From Nitrososphaerota archaeon (GTDB lineage Archaea; Thermoproteota; EX4484-205; JAAOZP01): DNA of 64,000 nucleotides. The first letter of the stretch is position 1. The number at the start of each line of letters is the position of its first letter. Of this stretch, positions 19,625-29,776 are shown piece after piece. The stretch is from contig JAAOZP010000017.1 of NCBI GenBank assembly GCA_011605725.1, positions 192,001 to 256,000 of the forward strand, in the 5' to 3' direction. Both the position numbers and the translations under genes were made by a program. The notes beneath the pieces are model-generated. The model did no database searches. It was not told where the DNA came from and saw only the letters and a list, made by a program, of their open reading frames with translations.

Positions 19625-20650
19625 TCACTTGTTCCTATAAACCACGTAGTCGGCAAGCTCGAACAGAAGCCTCTTAGCCTCCGAATCCGGAAGCATGCTC
19701 AGCATTGATTTAGCCTTCTCGGAGAAAAGCCAAGCCTCTTTCACAGCATTCTCCTTGACGCCGGTTCGAGCCAGAATGCTTAAAGCCTCCTCCAAATCCT
19801 CCTGAGAAACCTGTTTACCTCTTAAAACACTCAGGAAAAACCTTTTGCTCTCACCATCCATTCTCTCAAGCCCTCTGAGGATCAGCATGTTGCCAAGCTT
19901 ATGCTCCAAAACGTCTTTCCCAACTTGCTTACCCGTTTCAACAGTTGAACCGAACAGGTCTAGAAGGTCGTCGACGATTTGGAAAGATATGCCGAGGTTT
20001 AAGCCGAACCCTCTGAACGCTTCCACAATATTCTCGCTTGCACCAGCCTCCACAGCACCCATCATCGCGCTCGCCTCGTAAAGAGAAGAAGTCTTATGGA
20101 TAATCATATTCAAATAGTCGTCGAAACCAATGTTCATCCTTCTATGTTCAGCAACATAAGGATCGTCTTCCCTACCGACCTGCTCGAAGAGAACGTCCAG
20201 ACGCTCACCTTCAACGAGCCTCATCACATAATAGTCGACGATGGAGAGCAGTCTGACAGCATTCCTAGACTTGAGCAGGAGCTCTGAAACAACCTCCCTA
20301 TAATGGACAGCAGCGAGAAGAGCCATTGTTAAACCATATTTTTTCCAGAGAGTCGGCCTATTTCTCCTAACCTCACCGTGGTCTATGATATCGTCTATTA
20401 TCAGAGTATAGTTGTGAATGAGCTCTACGGCCGCGGCAGCGTTTAAAGCGTTTTCAGAATTCCCGCCGGCTGCTTCACAGGACAGTATTAACACTGCCGG
20501 CCTAATCCTCTTTCCACCTGCCTTCACAGGGTAAAGCAACACTTCTTGAAACTCGGGTGAAGCGTTCTCCGAAAGCGCGTCGTAAATCACTGGTTCAACA
20601 CTCCTAGCTATCTCGTCAAGCGCCTCAGGAAGCCCTTTATCCTTCTTCAA
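19625..20650 (-). CDS. Geranylgeranyl diphosphate synthase (polyprenyl synthetase)
   Basis: GGKRIRP, HNYTLIIDDIID..RR, KT, FQIVDDLLD. Confidence 0.93.
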   Translation of the reverse strand: MKKDKGLPEALDEIARSVEPVIYDALSENASPEFQEVLLYPVKAGGKRIRPAVLILSCEAAGGNSENALNAAAAVELIHNYTLIIDDIIDHGEVRRNRPTLWKKYGLTMALLAAVHYREVVSELLLKSRNAVRLLSIVDYYVMRLVEGERLDVLFEQVGREDDPYVAEHRRMNIGFDDYLNMIIHKTSSLYEASAMMGAVEAGASENIVEAFRGFGLNLGISFQIVDDLLDLFGSTVETGKQVGKDVLEHKLGNMLILRGLERMDGESKRFFLSVLRGKQVSQEDLEEALSILARTGVKENAVKEAWLFSEKAKSMLSMLPDSEAKRLLFELADYVVYRNK

Positions 20651-20776
20651 CCTGTTAATTCAACACTGAAACATGTTTAAAAACTCTTGGACACGTGCGT
20701 CACCGCCCAAGAATGTTTAAAAATTAGGCGACTAGAATGCTGGAATGGGGTGCTAAAAAATGCGGGTTTCTCGCAG

Positions 20777-22327
20777 CTAGGCTTCAAGCTTCTTAAGCTC
20801 CATGAAATCCTCCTTGAGAGCCCCGTAGAGGCTCTTATAGATTTTATAGAGCTGCCTGTATTTTGAAGCAGCCTCCTGAACAGGCTTAATCGTCTCGCTG
20901 CTCGCCAACCATTCACGTATAACCTCGTAACCCTTAAGGGTCCCTGTTCCCACTCCTGCGAGCAGAGCATCACCGTAGGGTGCGCCTATGCTTGAAGCCA
21001 GATATTCCACATCCCTGTCTAAAACATCCGTTATTATTCTTCTCCAGACTCTCGACCTTGCCCCACCATTGACGAGTATAGCCCTCTTCAGAGGAATCCC
21101 TGTTTCCACGGCTGTTTCAACACAGTATCTTATGGCGTAAGCTATGCCCTCCAGAACAGCCCTATACATGTGAGCCTTAGTATGTTTCAGCGTTAAGCCG
21201 AAGAAAACACCCCTGACATACTCGTCCCACCAGGGCGCTCTTTCGCCGACCATCATGTGTGGAAGGAATATCAGCCCGTCTGAACCGGTTGAGATTTTCT
21301 CAGCCTCCATGTCCAGGATACTGTAGGCGCTTAAGCCAGTCTCTTTCGCAAGCATGTTTTCAACGGCTCCAAGATTGTCCCTGAACCACCTGATCGCATA
21401 GCCAGCAGTTATGATTCCTGCGAAAGAATAGAACTTCCTGTCGTCATACGCAACATGAGAATAGTTTATCAGCTTCGGGGAGAACCTGGGCTCATCCTGG
21501 ATGAAACCGTTGCACACGGATGTGCCAAGCATCATCGCAAGATCCCCGTCTCCAAGAGCCCCGACGCCGAGCGCAGACATCGGCGCGTCTATGCCTCCGG
21601 CGCAGACGGGCGTTCCTTTTGCGAGACCGCTTAGCTCAGCGCCCTCTGAAGAAACCTCGCCGACAACATCCTTAGACATGCTTATCTTCTCCGGGAAAAA
21701 GCTTCTAGGTATGCCCAGGTCGCTCATCAATTCTTCAGCGAACCTTCTCTCCTTAGGGTTGAAAATCCCACCGTAGTTGCCTATTGAAGAATAGTCCACC
21801 GATATTTCTCCAGTAAGCCTGTAAACGCAGTACGCGTTGGGAGTAACCAGCTGGTGGATCCTGCTCCAAACATGCGGCTCATTCCTCTTTATCCAGAGCA
21901 TCTTAGTGTATCCATAGTATGGGTCTATAGTGTTGCAGGTTTCTTTGAAAACTCTCTCCTCCCCTATGTTCTCCCTGACCCATCTACACTCCTCAGTCGC
22001 CCTCCTGTCAGCCCATATTAAGCATGGTCTAAGGGGCTTCATCTCCTTGTCGCAGGGAATACCAGACCCGCCGTAGAGGCTGCTTATGCAGTAGCCAGCT
22101 ATGTCACGCGGATCAATCATCGCCTTCTTTAAAACGTCTTTAATAGTCTGGCATACTGCTTGAAACCATACGTCTGGCCACTGTTCAGCCCAGCCTGTTC
22201 TAAGAGTTATTACGCCGTACTCGGCGGTTGAGCTCGCAACCTCCCTGCCCTCCGCGTCTACAAGAATCGTCTTGGTAGCAGAAGTCCCTATATCCGTACC
22301 GAGAAGGAGTCCTCCCAATCCTGACAC
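20777..22327 (-). CDS. FGGY-family carbohydrate kinase (xylulokinase-like)
   Basis: GTDIGTSATK, WAEQWP, IWADRRA, GGID, GERAPWWD, AVLEGIA, GGARS. Confidence 0.92.
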   Translation of the reverse strand: MSGLGGLLLGTDIGTSATKTILVDAEGREVASSTAEYGVITLRTGWAEQWPDVWFQAVCQTIKDVLKKAMIDPRDIAGYCISSLYGGSGIPCDKEMKPLRPCLIWADRRATEECRWVRENIGEERVFKETCNTIDPYYGYTKMLWIKRNEPHVWSRIHQLVTPNAYCVYRLTGEISVDYSSIGNYGGIFNPKERRFAEELMSDLGIPRSFFPEKISMSKDVVGEVSSEGAELSGLAKGTPVCAGGIDAPMSALGVGALGDGDLAMMLGTSVCNGFIQDEPRFSPKLINYSHVAYDDRKFYSFAGIITAGYAIRWFRDNLGAVENMLAKETGLSAYSILDMEAEKISTGSDGLIFLPHMMVGERAPWWDEYVRGVFFGLTLKHTKAHMYRAVLEGIAYAIRYCVETAVETGIPLKRAILVNGGARSRVWRRIITDVLDRDVEYLASSIGAPYGDALLAGVGTGTLKGYEVIREWLASSETIKPVQEAASKYRQLYKIYKSLYGALKEDFMELKKLEA

Positions 22328-22405
22328 CCTGATTAGAACGCGGCAACAATTTTTAAATTTACCGCGTGAAAAAACGCGAAGGGCAAGCGGGACCTTGCTT
22401 CTGCT

Positions 22406-23536
22406 TCAACCCTTAATGATAATTTTCTTCACGAAGTCTATTGTTTCAGCCTGATCTCCTTTTTCCCTAATCTTCTCAAACTCCTCTCTCCTACTGTATA
22501 TCAGCAGAGCTTTCTTCGCAAGGTTTGCGAAAATCTCTTTTGAAAGATACATGGCTTTCACAGGATCCATCCTGTACGTGAACTGATCCTCGCCGAACCA
22601 GCCTTCGTAACCCGTGTCGACCGCAGCATATATGAAGTCAACCATTCTCCAGATGTCACCTGTGCCAGCAATCCTGTCCTCATCATTACTGTGCAGCTTC
22701 GCCGTGTTAATGTGGAAGTTGACCAGCGGCACTCCGAGCTTCTTCAAAGCATACACCGTCGCAGCCGGCTCTACACCATACATCTGCTCATGACCATAAT
22801 CTATGCATACGCCCATGTTCCTCCCCCCACTCCTCTCGTTAACCGTCTTCGCAACTAGTGCTGCCAGATGGGTTGTAGGAATAACCATGTTGCCTTCCCT
22901 GGGCTCATGAAGCTTAGCCTCTATGCCGAACACGAGGCCCGCCTTCTTAGCCTCCCTGTTTATCATTTCACAGCCCTCTATGAAGAGCTCCAGCTGCCTC
23001 CCGTAGTTCACTTCAAAATTATAGTCCCAGCCATCTGAACCGGGCCAAAGCGCGACGCTGCCACACCCGATCTCCCTGGCTATCTCAACAGCCTGAAAAG
23101 CTATTTGAAGAGCATCCTCCCTTATACTCTTAGACGGGTTTGTAATGCCGCCGAGCTTCCACTTAGGGTCTGTCCAAAGATTAATATTCATATTCGTAGG
23201 GGTTAAACCCAGCTTCTCAAGCTCAGCCTTAACCATGCTTATAACACTCTCATCCCTCCTATAGCTTGAATCTATGAAGAGCACGTCGTGGAGCTCAACC
23301 CCCTTTATCCCAGCCTGCTTAACCCTTCTAAGCTGAGAGATAATGTCGCTCTTGAACTCAGGATTGTCACTATTGTACCCTCTGGTGGCAAACCTATCCA
23401 AGAAGTCTCCAGCAGCCCAGTGTCCAGCTGCAAACCTTATTCCAAAGTCTTCGAAAAACCTGTCAACAGCCTCACCCTCGAGATACCCGGCGTACTCAGC
23501 CTCGAGCTTTCTAAACACCTCCCTACTCGTCTTCAT
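22406..23536 (-). CDS. Xylose-isomerase-family (class I XylA/RhaI-like) sugar isomerase
   Basis: ELHD, GGITNP, LWPGSDG, EAKLHEPR (cf. EPKPNEPR), GHEQM, NDED. Start moved to ATG 23536. Confidence 0.85.
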   Translation of the reverse strand: MKTSREVFRKLEAEYAGYLEGEAVDRFFEDFGIRFAAGHWAAGDFLDRFATRGYNSDNPEFKSDIISQLRRVKQAGIKGVELHDVLFIDSSYRRDESVISMVKAELEKLGLTPTNMNINLWTDPKWKLGGITNPSKSIREDALQIAFQAVEIAREIGCGSVALWPGSDGWDYNFEVNYGRQLELFIEGCEMINREAKKAGLVFGIEAKLHEPREGNMVIPTTHLAALVAKTVNERSGGRNMGVCIDYGHEQMYGVEPAATVYALKKLGVPLVNFHINTAKLHSNDEDRIAGTGDIWRMVDFIYAAVDTGYEGWFGEDQFTYRMDPVKAMYLSKEIFANLAKKALLIYSRREEFEKIREKGDQAETIDFVKKIIIKG

Positions 23537-23603
23537 TTGACTCGGAAACGTTTGGAAACTAAATAAAGTTTTTCCCCAGCCTTGTGGCTTCACATGCATA
23601 TTT

Positions 23604-23895
23604 TTATGCGAGGGGGAATTCTTCATCACCCTCATAATTAAACAGGTCTACACTATCCTCAAAGGGTTCCTCAACCACCTCCTTGACCGTCGCTTGCTCC
23701 AGATAATTCTTTTTAGTAAAATCGATGAACTCGACTACACGGCCATCCCCACCCTCAACCGGAAACCTACGTAATCCTCCACACTCCTAGCTTGAAACCC
23801 CTTTAACCCGAGGGATTCAGCAGCCTAAGCGGGAAAAGCCTGTAGCCCACATCCTGCACCTTCTCCCCCTTTATCACAACCCTCTTCTTAAGCAA
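23604..23895 (-). pseudogene. Acylphosphatase-domain pseudogene (two frameshifts)
   Basis: Manual translation: TTG-LKKRVVIKGEKVQDVGYRLF / AAESLGLKGFQARSVEDYV / VEGGDGRVVEFIDFTKKNYLEQATVKEVVEE. VQxVGYR is the acylphosphatase signature. Confidence 0.8.
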
Positions 23896-24338
23896 TCTTT
23901 TTCAAAAGGATTGCATCCAACAGTGTTTTAAGCACATATTTTAATGGAAAGAAACATAGCGCGCTTACTAGCCTCGAGCCTCCTAAAAACTTCCCTACAC
24001 GTCTCCACTCGTTTTTCGACAAGGCTTAAGCTAAATAGGGTTTCCCCCGACTTATAGTTTCACGCACATCCTCCTTGTCAGCAATCCTCCTTCAGCGCGC
24101 GCTATTAGCAGTAGAATCTCGAATACTGGGTTTGGAGCATCATGGCTTATCGAGAATTGGAGATAAACCCCTCGCGTAGACAGTCTTGAGGTTTAACGGG
24201 CGCTGGGAACTGCTGGACTCTGAATAGGTTTATGAAGCCTGCTGGCGAGATTGCTTCAGCATATTCTCCAGGCTGATGCGCAGGCCTTCCCCATCTTTGC
24301 CTCTACAAGTTTAAAAACCGTTCCCTAAAACCCTTCCC

Positions 24339-24998
24339 ATGCCTGTAAGGGTCAGGGCAGTGCTGTTCGACTTAGACGGGACCCTGGTGGACACCTTTGA
24401 AGCATTCCACATCATGGTTAACGATATTTTAAGAAGGTTCAACAAGCCTGAGAGAAGCTTCAACGAGAACGCTAGGCTTGTGGGAAAAACTTCTAGAGCA
24501 ATAGCTGAAACGATCACTAGGGAAGCAGGGTTAAAAACAAACCTTGAAGAACTCTCTACGATGATGGTTAGAGAATGGATTTACACTTACATGCCTAAGT
24601 ACGGCAGGCTTTACCCTGATGCTCTCGAAACCCTTAGAGAGTTAAGTAGGAGGAGCTATCTGCTTGGAGTGGTTTCTAACACTAGTAGCGAAGAGCTGCC
24701 GAACTACTTGAACACCTTTAAAATAGGATGTTTCTTCAAAGTGACGGTATCTGCAGGAGATGCTGAGAAACCGAAGCCCTCGCCTGAACCGGTTCTGAAA
24801 GCGGTTGGAAAGCTGAACGTGAACCCGGAGGAGACTGTGATGGTTGGAGACAGGCCGGAGGACGTGGAATCAGGAAGGGCTGCAGGCACATATACAGTGG
24901 CGGTGTTAAGAGGCGTTAGGCCGAGGGTTGAACTGGAAGCAGCCAAGCCACACTTCATAGTGGACACGCTATCCGAGATACTTTCAATACTCATGTAG
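24339..24998 (+). CDS. HAD-superfamily hydrolase (phosphoglycolate phosphatase-like)
   Basis: FDLDGTLVD, VVSN, KPKPSPE, MVGDRPED. Confidence 0.92.
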   Translation: MPVRVRAVLFDLDGTLVDTFEAFHIMVNDILRRFNKPERSFNENARLVGKTSRAIAETITREAGLKTNLEELSTMMVREWIYTYMPKYGRLYPDALETLRELSRRSYLLGVVSNTSSEELPNYLNTFKIGCFFKVTVSAGDAEKPKPSPEPVLKAVGKLNVNPEETVMVGDRPEDVESGRAAGTYTVAVLRGVRPRVELEAAKPHFIVDTLSEILSILM

Positions 24999-25138
24999 CC
25001 TAGCCGGAGGATTAAGCCCGAATAAAACTCGTTTTAGAGCGGATTCCCCTGAAAAATTCGATAGCACGTGTTAAAACATGATGCGTGCTAGAAAGGGTAT
25101 GCTTAAATACCTTTCTAAAGATTCCTCCTCATAGAGTG

Positions 25139-25849
25139 ATGAACAATTTAAAAAAAGGCTTCCTCGAGCTGCTCGACAAGGATAAGGAGTTTCGCTACAC
25201 TGTGGCAGGCTACTTAGGATTGTCTGAGATTTTGAAGAGGCTGGACAGGCTGGAGGAGGGTCAGAACAAGCTGTGGGAAGGCCAGAACAGGCTTTGGGAG
25301 AACCAGAACAGGCTTTGGGAGGAGGTTAAAGCCCTTAGAGAGGGCCAGGAGAAGCTGTGGGAGGAAGTTAAGAGTTTGAGAGAAGGCCAGAACAGGCTTT
25401 GGGAGAACCAGAACAGGCTTTGGGAGGAGGTTAGGGAACTGCGTGCAACTCAGAACAGGCTTGCAACAACCCTAGACAGGCTAACGATTTCTGTTGAAGA
25501 GGAAGCGTTGGATGTAATTAGGCACAGGCTGAAGAACGAGCTTGGGCTGGACGTAGAGCTGAGAAGAATCTTCGTTGGCGAAAGGGAGATAAACGTTTAC
25601 GGTGTCTCAGCCGACACGTGCGTCATAGGCGAGGCGACGGTGAGGCTTGGAACAGGGCTGATACAGGAGCTTGAGGATAAGATAGAGGCCTTAAAAAGGA
25701 TGAGGCCGGAGTTGATAAAGCCGAGAATAATAAAGGTAATCTACACGGACTATGCTTCCCCAAGCGCGCTTGAACTGGCAAAGAAACAAGACGTATGGGT
25801 CCTAAACTGGAGGAGTGACTTCACACCCAGAAGAATAATTCAAGCCTAA
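25139..25849 (+). CDS. Archaeal coiled-coil repeat protein with C-terminal PD-(D/E)XK-like domain
   Basis: LLDKDKEFRYTVAGYLGL N-terminus, QNRLWE repeats, EINVYG...IGEAT C-terminal domain; start ATG 25139 after CTTAAATA. Confidence 0.75.
   Translation: MNNLKKGFLELLDKDKEFRYTVAGYLGLSEILKRLDRLEEGQNKLWEGQNRLWENQNRLWEEVKALREGQEKLWEEVKSLREGQNRLWENQNRLWEEVRELRATQNRLATTLDRLTISVEEEALDVIRHRLKNELGLDVELRRIFVGEREINVYGVSADTCVIGEATVRLGTGLIQELEDKIEALKRMRPELIKPRIIKVIYTDYASPSALELAKKQDVWVLNWRSDFTPRRIIQA
25262..25462 (+). repeat. Intragenic tandem repeats (21/33-nt units), including a perfect 52-bp direct repeat at 25277-25328 and 25382-25433
   Basis: GAAGGCCAGAACAGGCTTTGGGAGAACCAGAACAGGCTTTGGGAGGAGGTTA occurs twice, 105 bp apart. 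Confidence 0.92.
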
Positions 25850-25946
25850 AACCTGTAGGAGCTGTTTAAAAGAAAAAGCGTATTAACAGGCTCACCGTAA
25901 GCTCAGCATGTGCAATAACAGGGGGACTGCTGGTTATATGCTGGCA

Positions 25947-28900
25947 TCACGGCTCCCGATAAACTGGTGCGACACTAGTTATTGACGGTGCAAACTTGTT
26001 CAGAAACATCCTGTAATACATCAAGCATTCTTCAACAGCACTTTTAACAGAACTGCTAACCGTGCGCTTGTAAATGTCTCCGCCGACGATCACTTTGAAT
26101 TCCTGGGAGAGAATGAGCGTGCTGCCCGAATATATCTCGATAACACCATTCCTAACTATGGGCCTACTGGCCACGTTAAGGCTTGCAACACCCTTAGTGT
26201 TGGCTGCAGCACTGGCCAAGATGTTTCCAGCTTCATCCTTGAGGCGGACAGTCCAACCGGGTGTGAGCCCAGTCACGTTCACAAACCTTGGGTCAGCATC
26301 TGCGGAAGCTATGAAGTCGTCGAAAAACGCTGAAAGATAATTTTTATCCCTAGTCTCATCGTATATGCTGAACCCAACCCGGCTAACCTGCAGCGTGTTA
26401 TTGGTCCCGCTTAAAGTGCTCACCTGCGTGCCCCCGCTGCTGTAAACAGTCAGCCTCATCGCACCCGTGTTAACGTTACGGCTTCCGAGGAATAAGAACC
26501 AAGTGTTATCGGTCAAGCCTCCTAAGTTTCCAGTCCGAGCTACATTGGTCCATCTAGGCGGCGAGCCGGCGTAGCACCATATCCCCAGCCGCCTGTTTCC
26601 TGTGTCACGGTAGAACTCCAGCGTGTAGAAACCATTATCGGAATTGATCATCGTCAAGCCGGCGTGTTGATTCCTGTCCGTAGTGCTGAACAGTTCTTTC
26701 GAAAACACGTATATCGTTGTTGCCTCGGGCGGCGTATTGTTCGTGAAGTATGCGACGTGCGCGCCGCCCCAGCTTCCAGAAGGCGCGTTGGCGGAAACCT
26801 GTATGTAGCCGGAGGGGTTCCAGCTCCAGTTTCCCGTGTTTGTGGCGAGCCTCCCGGAGGAGAACGGGTCTGTGGAGAAGTCGTCGTAGATGAAAGCACT
26901 CCTCTTTGCTAGCACAAGCTCCCCTCCCACGGTGCCCTGCGGGTTTTCAACCGTGCGGAAGGGTAATGCATTCCGGTCAGTGCCGTTATACCATAGGCTG
27001 GCGTTGATAAACGGGGTAGCCGCTATCCCGCCCTCCGTTAGGAAACCAGCCACTTTAAACTGTATTTTGTTCGCAGGATCAGTGTCGTATGGCGTGGTAG
27101 ATGCCCTACTCCAGAAAATAGCGTCATACTCCATCACCCGCCTCTGGTAGTCAGCTGTTGTCCAGACCCACAGCTGGTCCCTTCTCACTCCCCCTATGAA
27201 GTAGCTCCGGAGCTCGTCGATGAAGTCTTCAGAGGCAAAGATCGCCATGCCCGCGTACTCGTTGTAAAGCACAGTCCAGTTACCGTATGCTTGCGCAGAC
27301 GGAATGTTAGCCGGGCTGTTGTTCCTATCCCTATGCATTATGTTCCTAACGTTGGAGTAGGTTCCGTTAACTATACTCGGGTTCTTGACGGAGGTTGCGA
27401 AAGACCCCCATTTGACTCTCAGCGGGCTTCCAGCATCTGTTTCAGTCCCGCCTATCATACCCATCAGAGACAAGTAGGGGTAATCCATGCGGACGCTTCT
27501 AAGCCACGTCGCGTTTGCAACGTAAAGGAAGTATGAAACGTTGTATGGAATGTAGAGGATGGTTTCGTAGTGCATCTCGTCGTAGCTGACAGGCCCCTCC
27601 GGAGGCCTCTCCTGAGTCCTGTTAGACTTTCTGAAAGCAACCAGTCTAACCGGGGCCTCGGCAACAAGGACGCCACCCTTATCCTGCGGCCTTGGAAGTA
27701 TCATCCAGTCGTCAGCCGGAATCTTCCTCGGGAACCACCATCCCCCGCTGGGCATCCGGTAAACATCGTAGCCAAGCAGGACGTACTCCACATGAGTCCC
27801 GCTCCTAGGGTCTTGGATGCTTATCGACCAGTCTACCCAGTAGCTCGTAGGGCTTGCCAGGAGAGTCAACACGTATTTACCGTTGTCCACTGTGGCGAAA
27901 GCCCCGCTCAACGTCATGTGTAGACGGTACTCCGGCTCCCTGACGTCAGCGTCCTCAAGCCAGGTCAATAAAACCTTTTGAAGGCTGCATCCCGGCGGAT
28001 AGTTCAGCTCGAAAACCAGCTTAGACCCGTTCATAATCCTCTTCCTCCACTCTAGGAACTTGTCGCTGTTCGGCCAGAGATACCTGTCGTCCCAGACCTC
28101 GGTCTGGTAAGGCACCTCGTAGAAAGCAGGGTCGCTAGGCCAGTTTCTAGTCGCCATCACCCTGACCTGCTTAACGGGGGGAAGGGGGATCGGAGGATTG
28201 TTCTCAGGCGATGAAAGCCTAGTGTTATACCAGTACATCGTCCCGTTGGGCAGGAGTTCAAACACGTATGTCTCCTTAACTTTAGACGGGTCTCCAGTGT
28301 AGAACGGCTCAACAGCGTTCGCCTGTATAGCGTACTCTATCCCGGCGTAGGTGTAGGACTCGACGATTATCCCCCTGTTGTCCTGAACCCTGACCAGGAT
28401 GAACTGGTAGTAGCCGGGTTGATGCGGCTGGTTGCCCTGCTGACCCTCCCATCTCCAGAAGAGCCTCACGCTGGTGTTGCTGGGATCGTAGAATCGGGGT
28501 GTGATGCTGATAGTGTAGTTGCCGCCACCGTTGTAAGTCAGCGTCATCTCGTTTACGGAAACCCTTCTCCAGCAGTACACGCCAGGTGGTACAGTTGGGT
28601 CGAACAAGTATATTTCGAAGTTCCCAGCCCTCAGGTCGCTAACGGGGATACTGTTCTCCCTGAGAACGATCACGTTCAACTCTAGGATCCCATCCTTCTC
28701 CCTGGGGATTACTGAGGTTATCGTGAGGTTTAGCAGAAGGATGTGTGCGGCCCTCCACCCGACTACTCCCCGGTAGGTAGCGTCTACGCTTATCTCAGCA
28801 CCTATGGCTGAAATACTGTTAGGCCTGTACCAGAAAAGCTTGAAAAGCCTGTCCTCCAGCCTTCTCTCAGGATAGTTGAAAACATAGTTTCTCGGCTTAT

Positions 28901-29306
28901 CCGGCTCCCCATCCCGAGTAAGATTGTAGATCGTAAGCGTCATGCCCCTAGCACTCTGCACCGGCTCATCTATCAGCCTTGTCTCAATATGCAGGCCTTT
29001 ACCCGCGTAGGCAGCCTGCGTCGAGATAAGCCAGTATGAGAAAGTCAGGTTAGCAATCCTCCTTGGAACATCCATTTCAGCAGTAAGATTGTATTTCGCG
29101 GTCGCGTTAGCAAGAATCCTTGTAAGCACCCTTCTGAAATCAGAGTCTATGTTCATAACTATCTCCCTGCTCGGATTATAGTCGAAGAACAGGTGCTGGA
29201 TTGAGGTTGAGTATATTATTGTCGAGACTAGGAGGATAATCGTTATGAGAGTGATGCTCATCACAAGCATTATCTGGCCCCTGTCCCAGTCTAAGCGCTT
29301 AATCAT
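25947..29306 (-). CDS. Giant pilin-like adhesin (class III signal peptide, large beta-rich extracellular region)
   Basis: Start ATG 29306: MIKRLDWDRG/QIMLVMSITLITIILLV; many N-x-S/T sequons; last gene of the pilin operon. Confidence 0.75.
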   Translation of the reverse strand: MIKRLDWDRGQIMLVMSITLITIILLVSTIIYSTSIQHLFFDYNPSREIVMNIDSDFRRVLTRILANATAKYNLTAEMDVPRRIANLTFSYWLISTQAAYAGKGLHIETRLIDEPVQSARGMTLTIYNLTRDGEPDKPRNYVFNYPERRLEDRLFKLFWYRPNSISAIGAEISVDATYRGVVGWRAAHILLLNLTITSVIPREKDGILELNVIVLRENSIPVSDLRAGNFEIYLFDPTVPPGVYCWRRVSVNEMTLTYNGGGNYTISITPRFYDPSNTSVRLFWRWEGQQGNQPHQPGYYQFILVRVQDNRGIIVESYTYAGIEYAIQANAVEPFYTGDPSKVKETYVFELLPNGTMYWYNTRLSSPENNPPIPLPPVKQVRVMATRNWPSDPAFYEVPYQTEVWDDRYLWPNSDKFLEWRKRIMNGSKLVFELNYPPGCSLQKVLLTWLEDADVREPEYRLHMTLSGAFATVDNGKYVLTLLASPTSYWVDWSISIQDPRSGTHVEYVLLGYDVYRMPSGGWWFPRKIPADDWMILPRPQDKGGVLVAEAPVRLVAFRKSNRTQERPPEGPVSYDEMHYETILYIPYNVSYFLYVANATWLRSVRMDYPYLSLMGMIGGTETDAGSPLRVKWGSFATSVKNPSIVNGTYSNVRNIMHRDRNNSPANIPSAQAYGNWTVLYNEYAGMAIFASEDFIDELRSYFIGGVRRDQLWVWTTADYQRRVMEYDAIFWSRASTTPYDTDPANKIQFKVAGFLTEGGIAATPFINASLWYNGTDRNALPFRTVENPQGTVGGELVLAKRSAFIYDDFSTDPFSSGRLATNTGNWSWNPSGYIQVSANAPSGSWGGAHVAYFTNNTPPEATTIYVFSKELFSTTDRNQHAGLTMINSDNGFYTLEFYRDTGNRRLGIWCYAGSPPRWTNVARTGNLGGLTDNTWFLFLGSRNVNTGAMRLTVYSSGGTQVSTLSGTNNTLQVSRVGFSIYDETRDKNYLSAFFDDFIASADADPRFVNVTGLTPGWTVRLKDEAGNILASAAANTKGVASLNVASRPIVRNGVIEIYSGSTLILSQEFKVIVGGDIYKRTVSSSVKSAVEECLMYYRMFLNKFAPSITSVAPVYREP

Positions 29307-29308
29307 AC

Positions 29309-29776
29309 TCACCACCTCCTGGCGAGCTCCAGGCGAATCTTCAAAACCCATCTCCTCCTAGTTGTGTAAGTTATTTCAGCTCCGGCAGCCTCCTTCGAAA
29401 GCCTGAAGTCCTCGGGCGAAGCGTTGGAAACACTGCCCAGCGACTCCTCTTCAACAATATCTCCCTTCTTACTCATGTTGCAGACAGTCATGTTGTAGAG
29501 AGTGTTTGCGGGAAGGAGGGCGTTCAGCATGTTCTTCATCAAGCCCTCCCAGCCGGGCCTTACCCATGTTGAGTTGAAGACAACCTCGTCGAAAACCTCC
29601 TTGTCGGCGAGGCTCATGAGGAAGTCGTAACAGTATTTTTCAAGCTCATCCCTAGCCTTAGCACTATACGGGTCCGGTGTCCTCGTCAGGTTTATCATGC
29701 TCCACATCGCCACCGCTATTATCCCGCTTGCCAGAAGCGCTTCAACGATTCTCATCTGACCCCTGCTGTCCATCAT
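29309..29776 (-). CDS. Minor pilin-like protein
   Basis: MMDSRG/QMRIVEALLASGIIAVAM class III signal peptide. Confidence 0.8.
   Translation of the reverse strand: MMDSRGQMRIVEALLASGIIAVAMWSMINLTRTPDPYSAKARDELEKYCYDFLMSLADKEVFDEVVFNSTWVRPGWEGLMKNMLNALLPANTLYNMTVCNMSKKGDIVEEESLGSVSNASPEDFRLSKEAAGAEITYTTRRRWVLKIRLELARRW

Noticed and set aside
25262-25462. Repeats resembling a CRISPR array
   Set aside because: In-frame coding repeats without unique spacers, and no cas genes.
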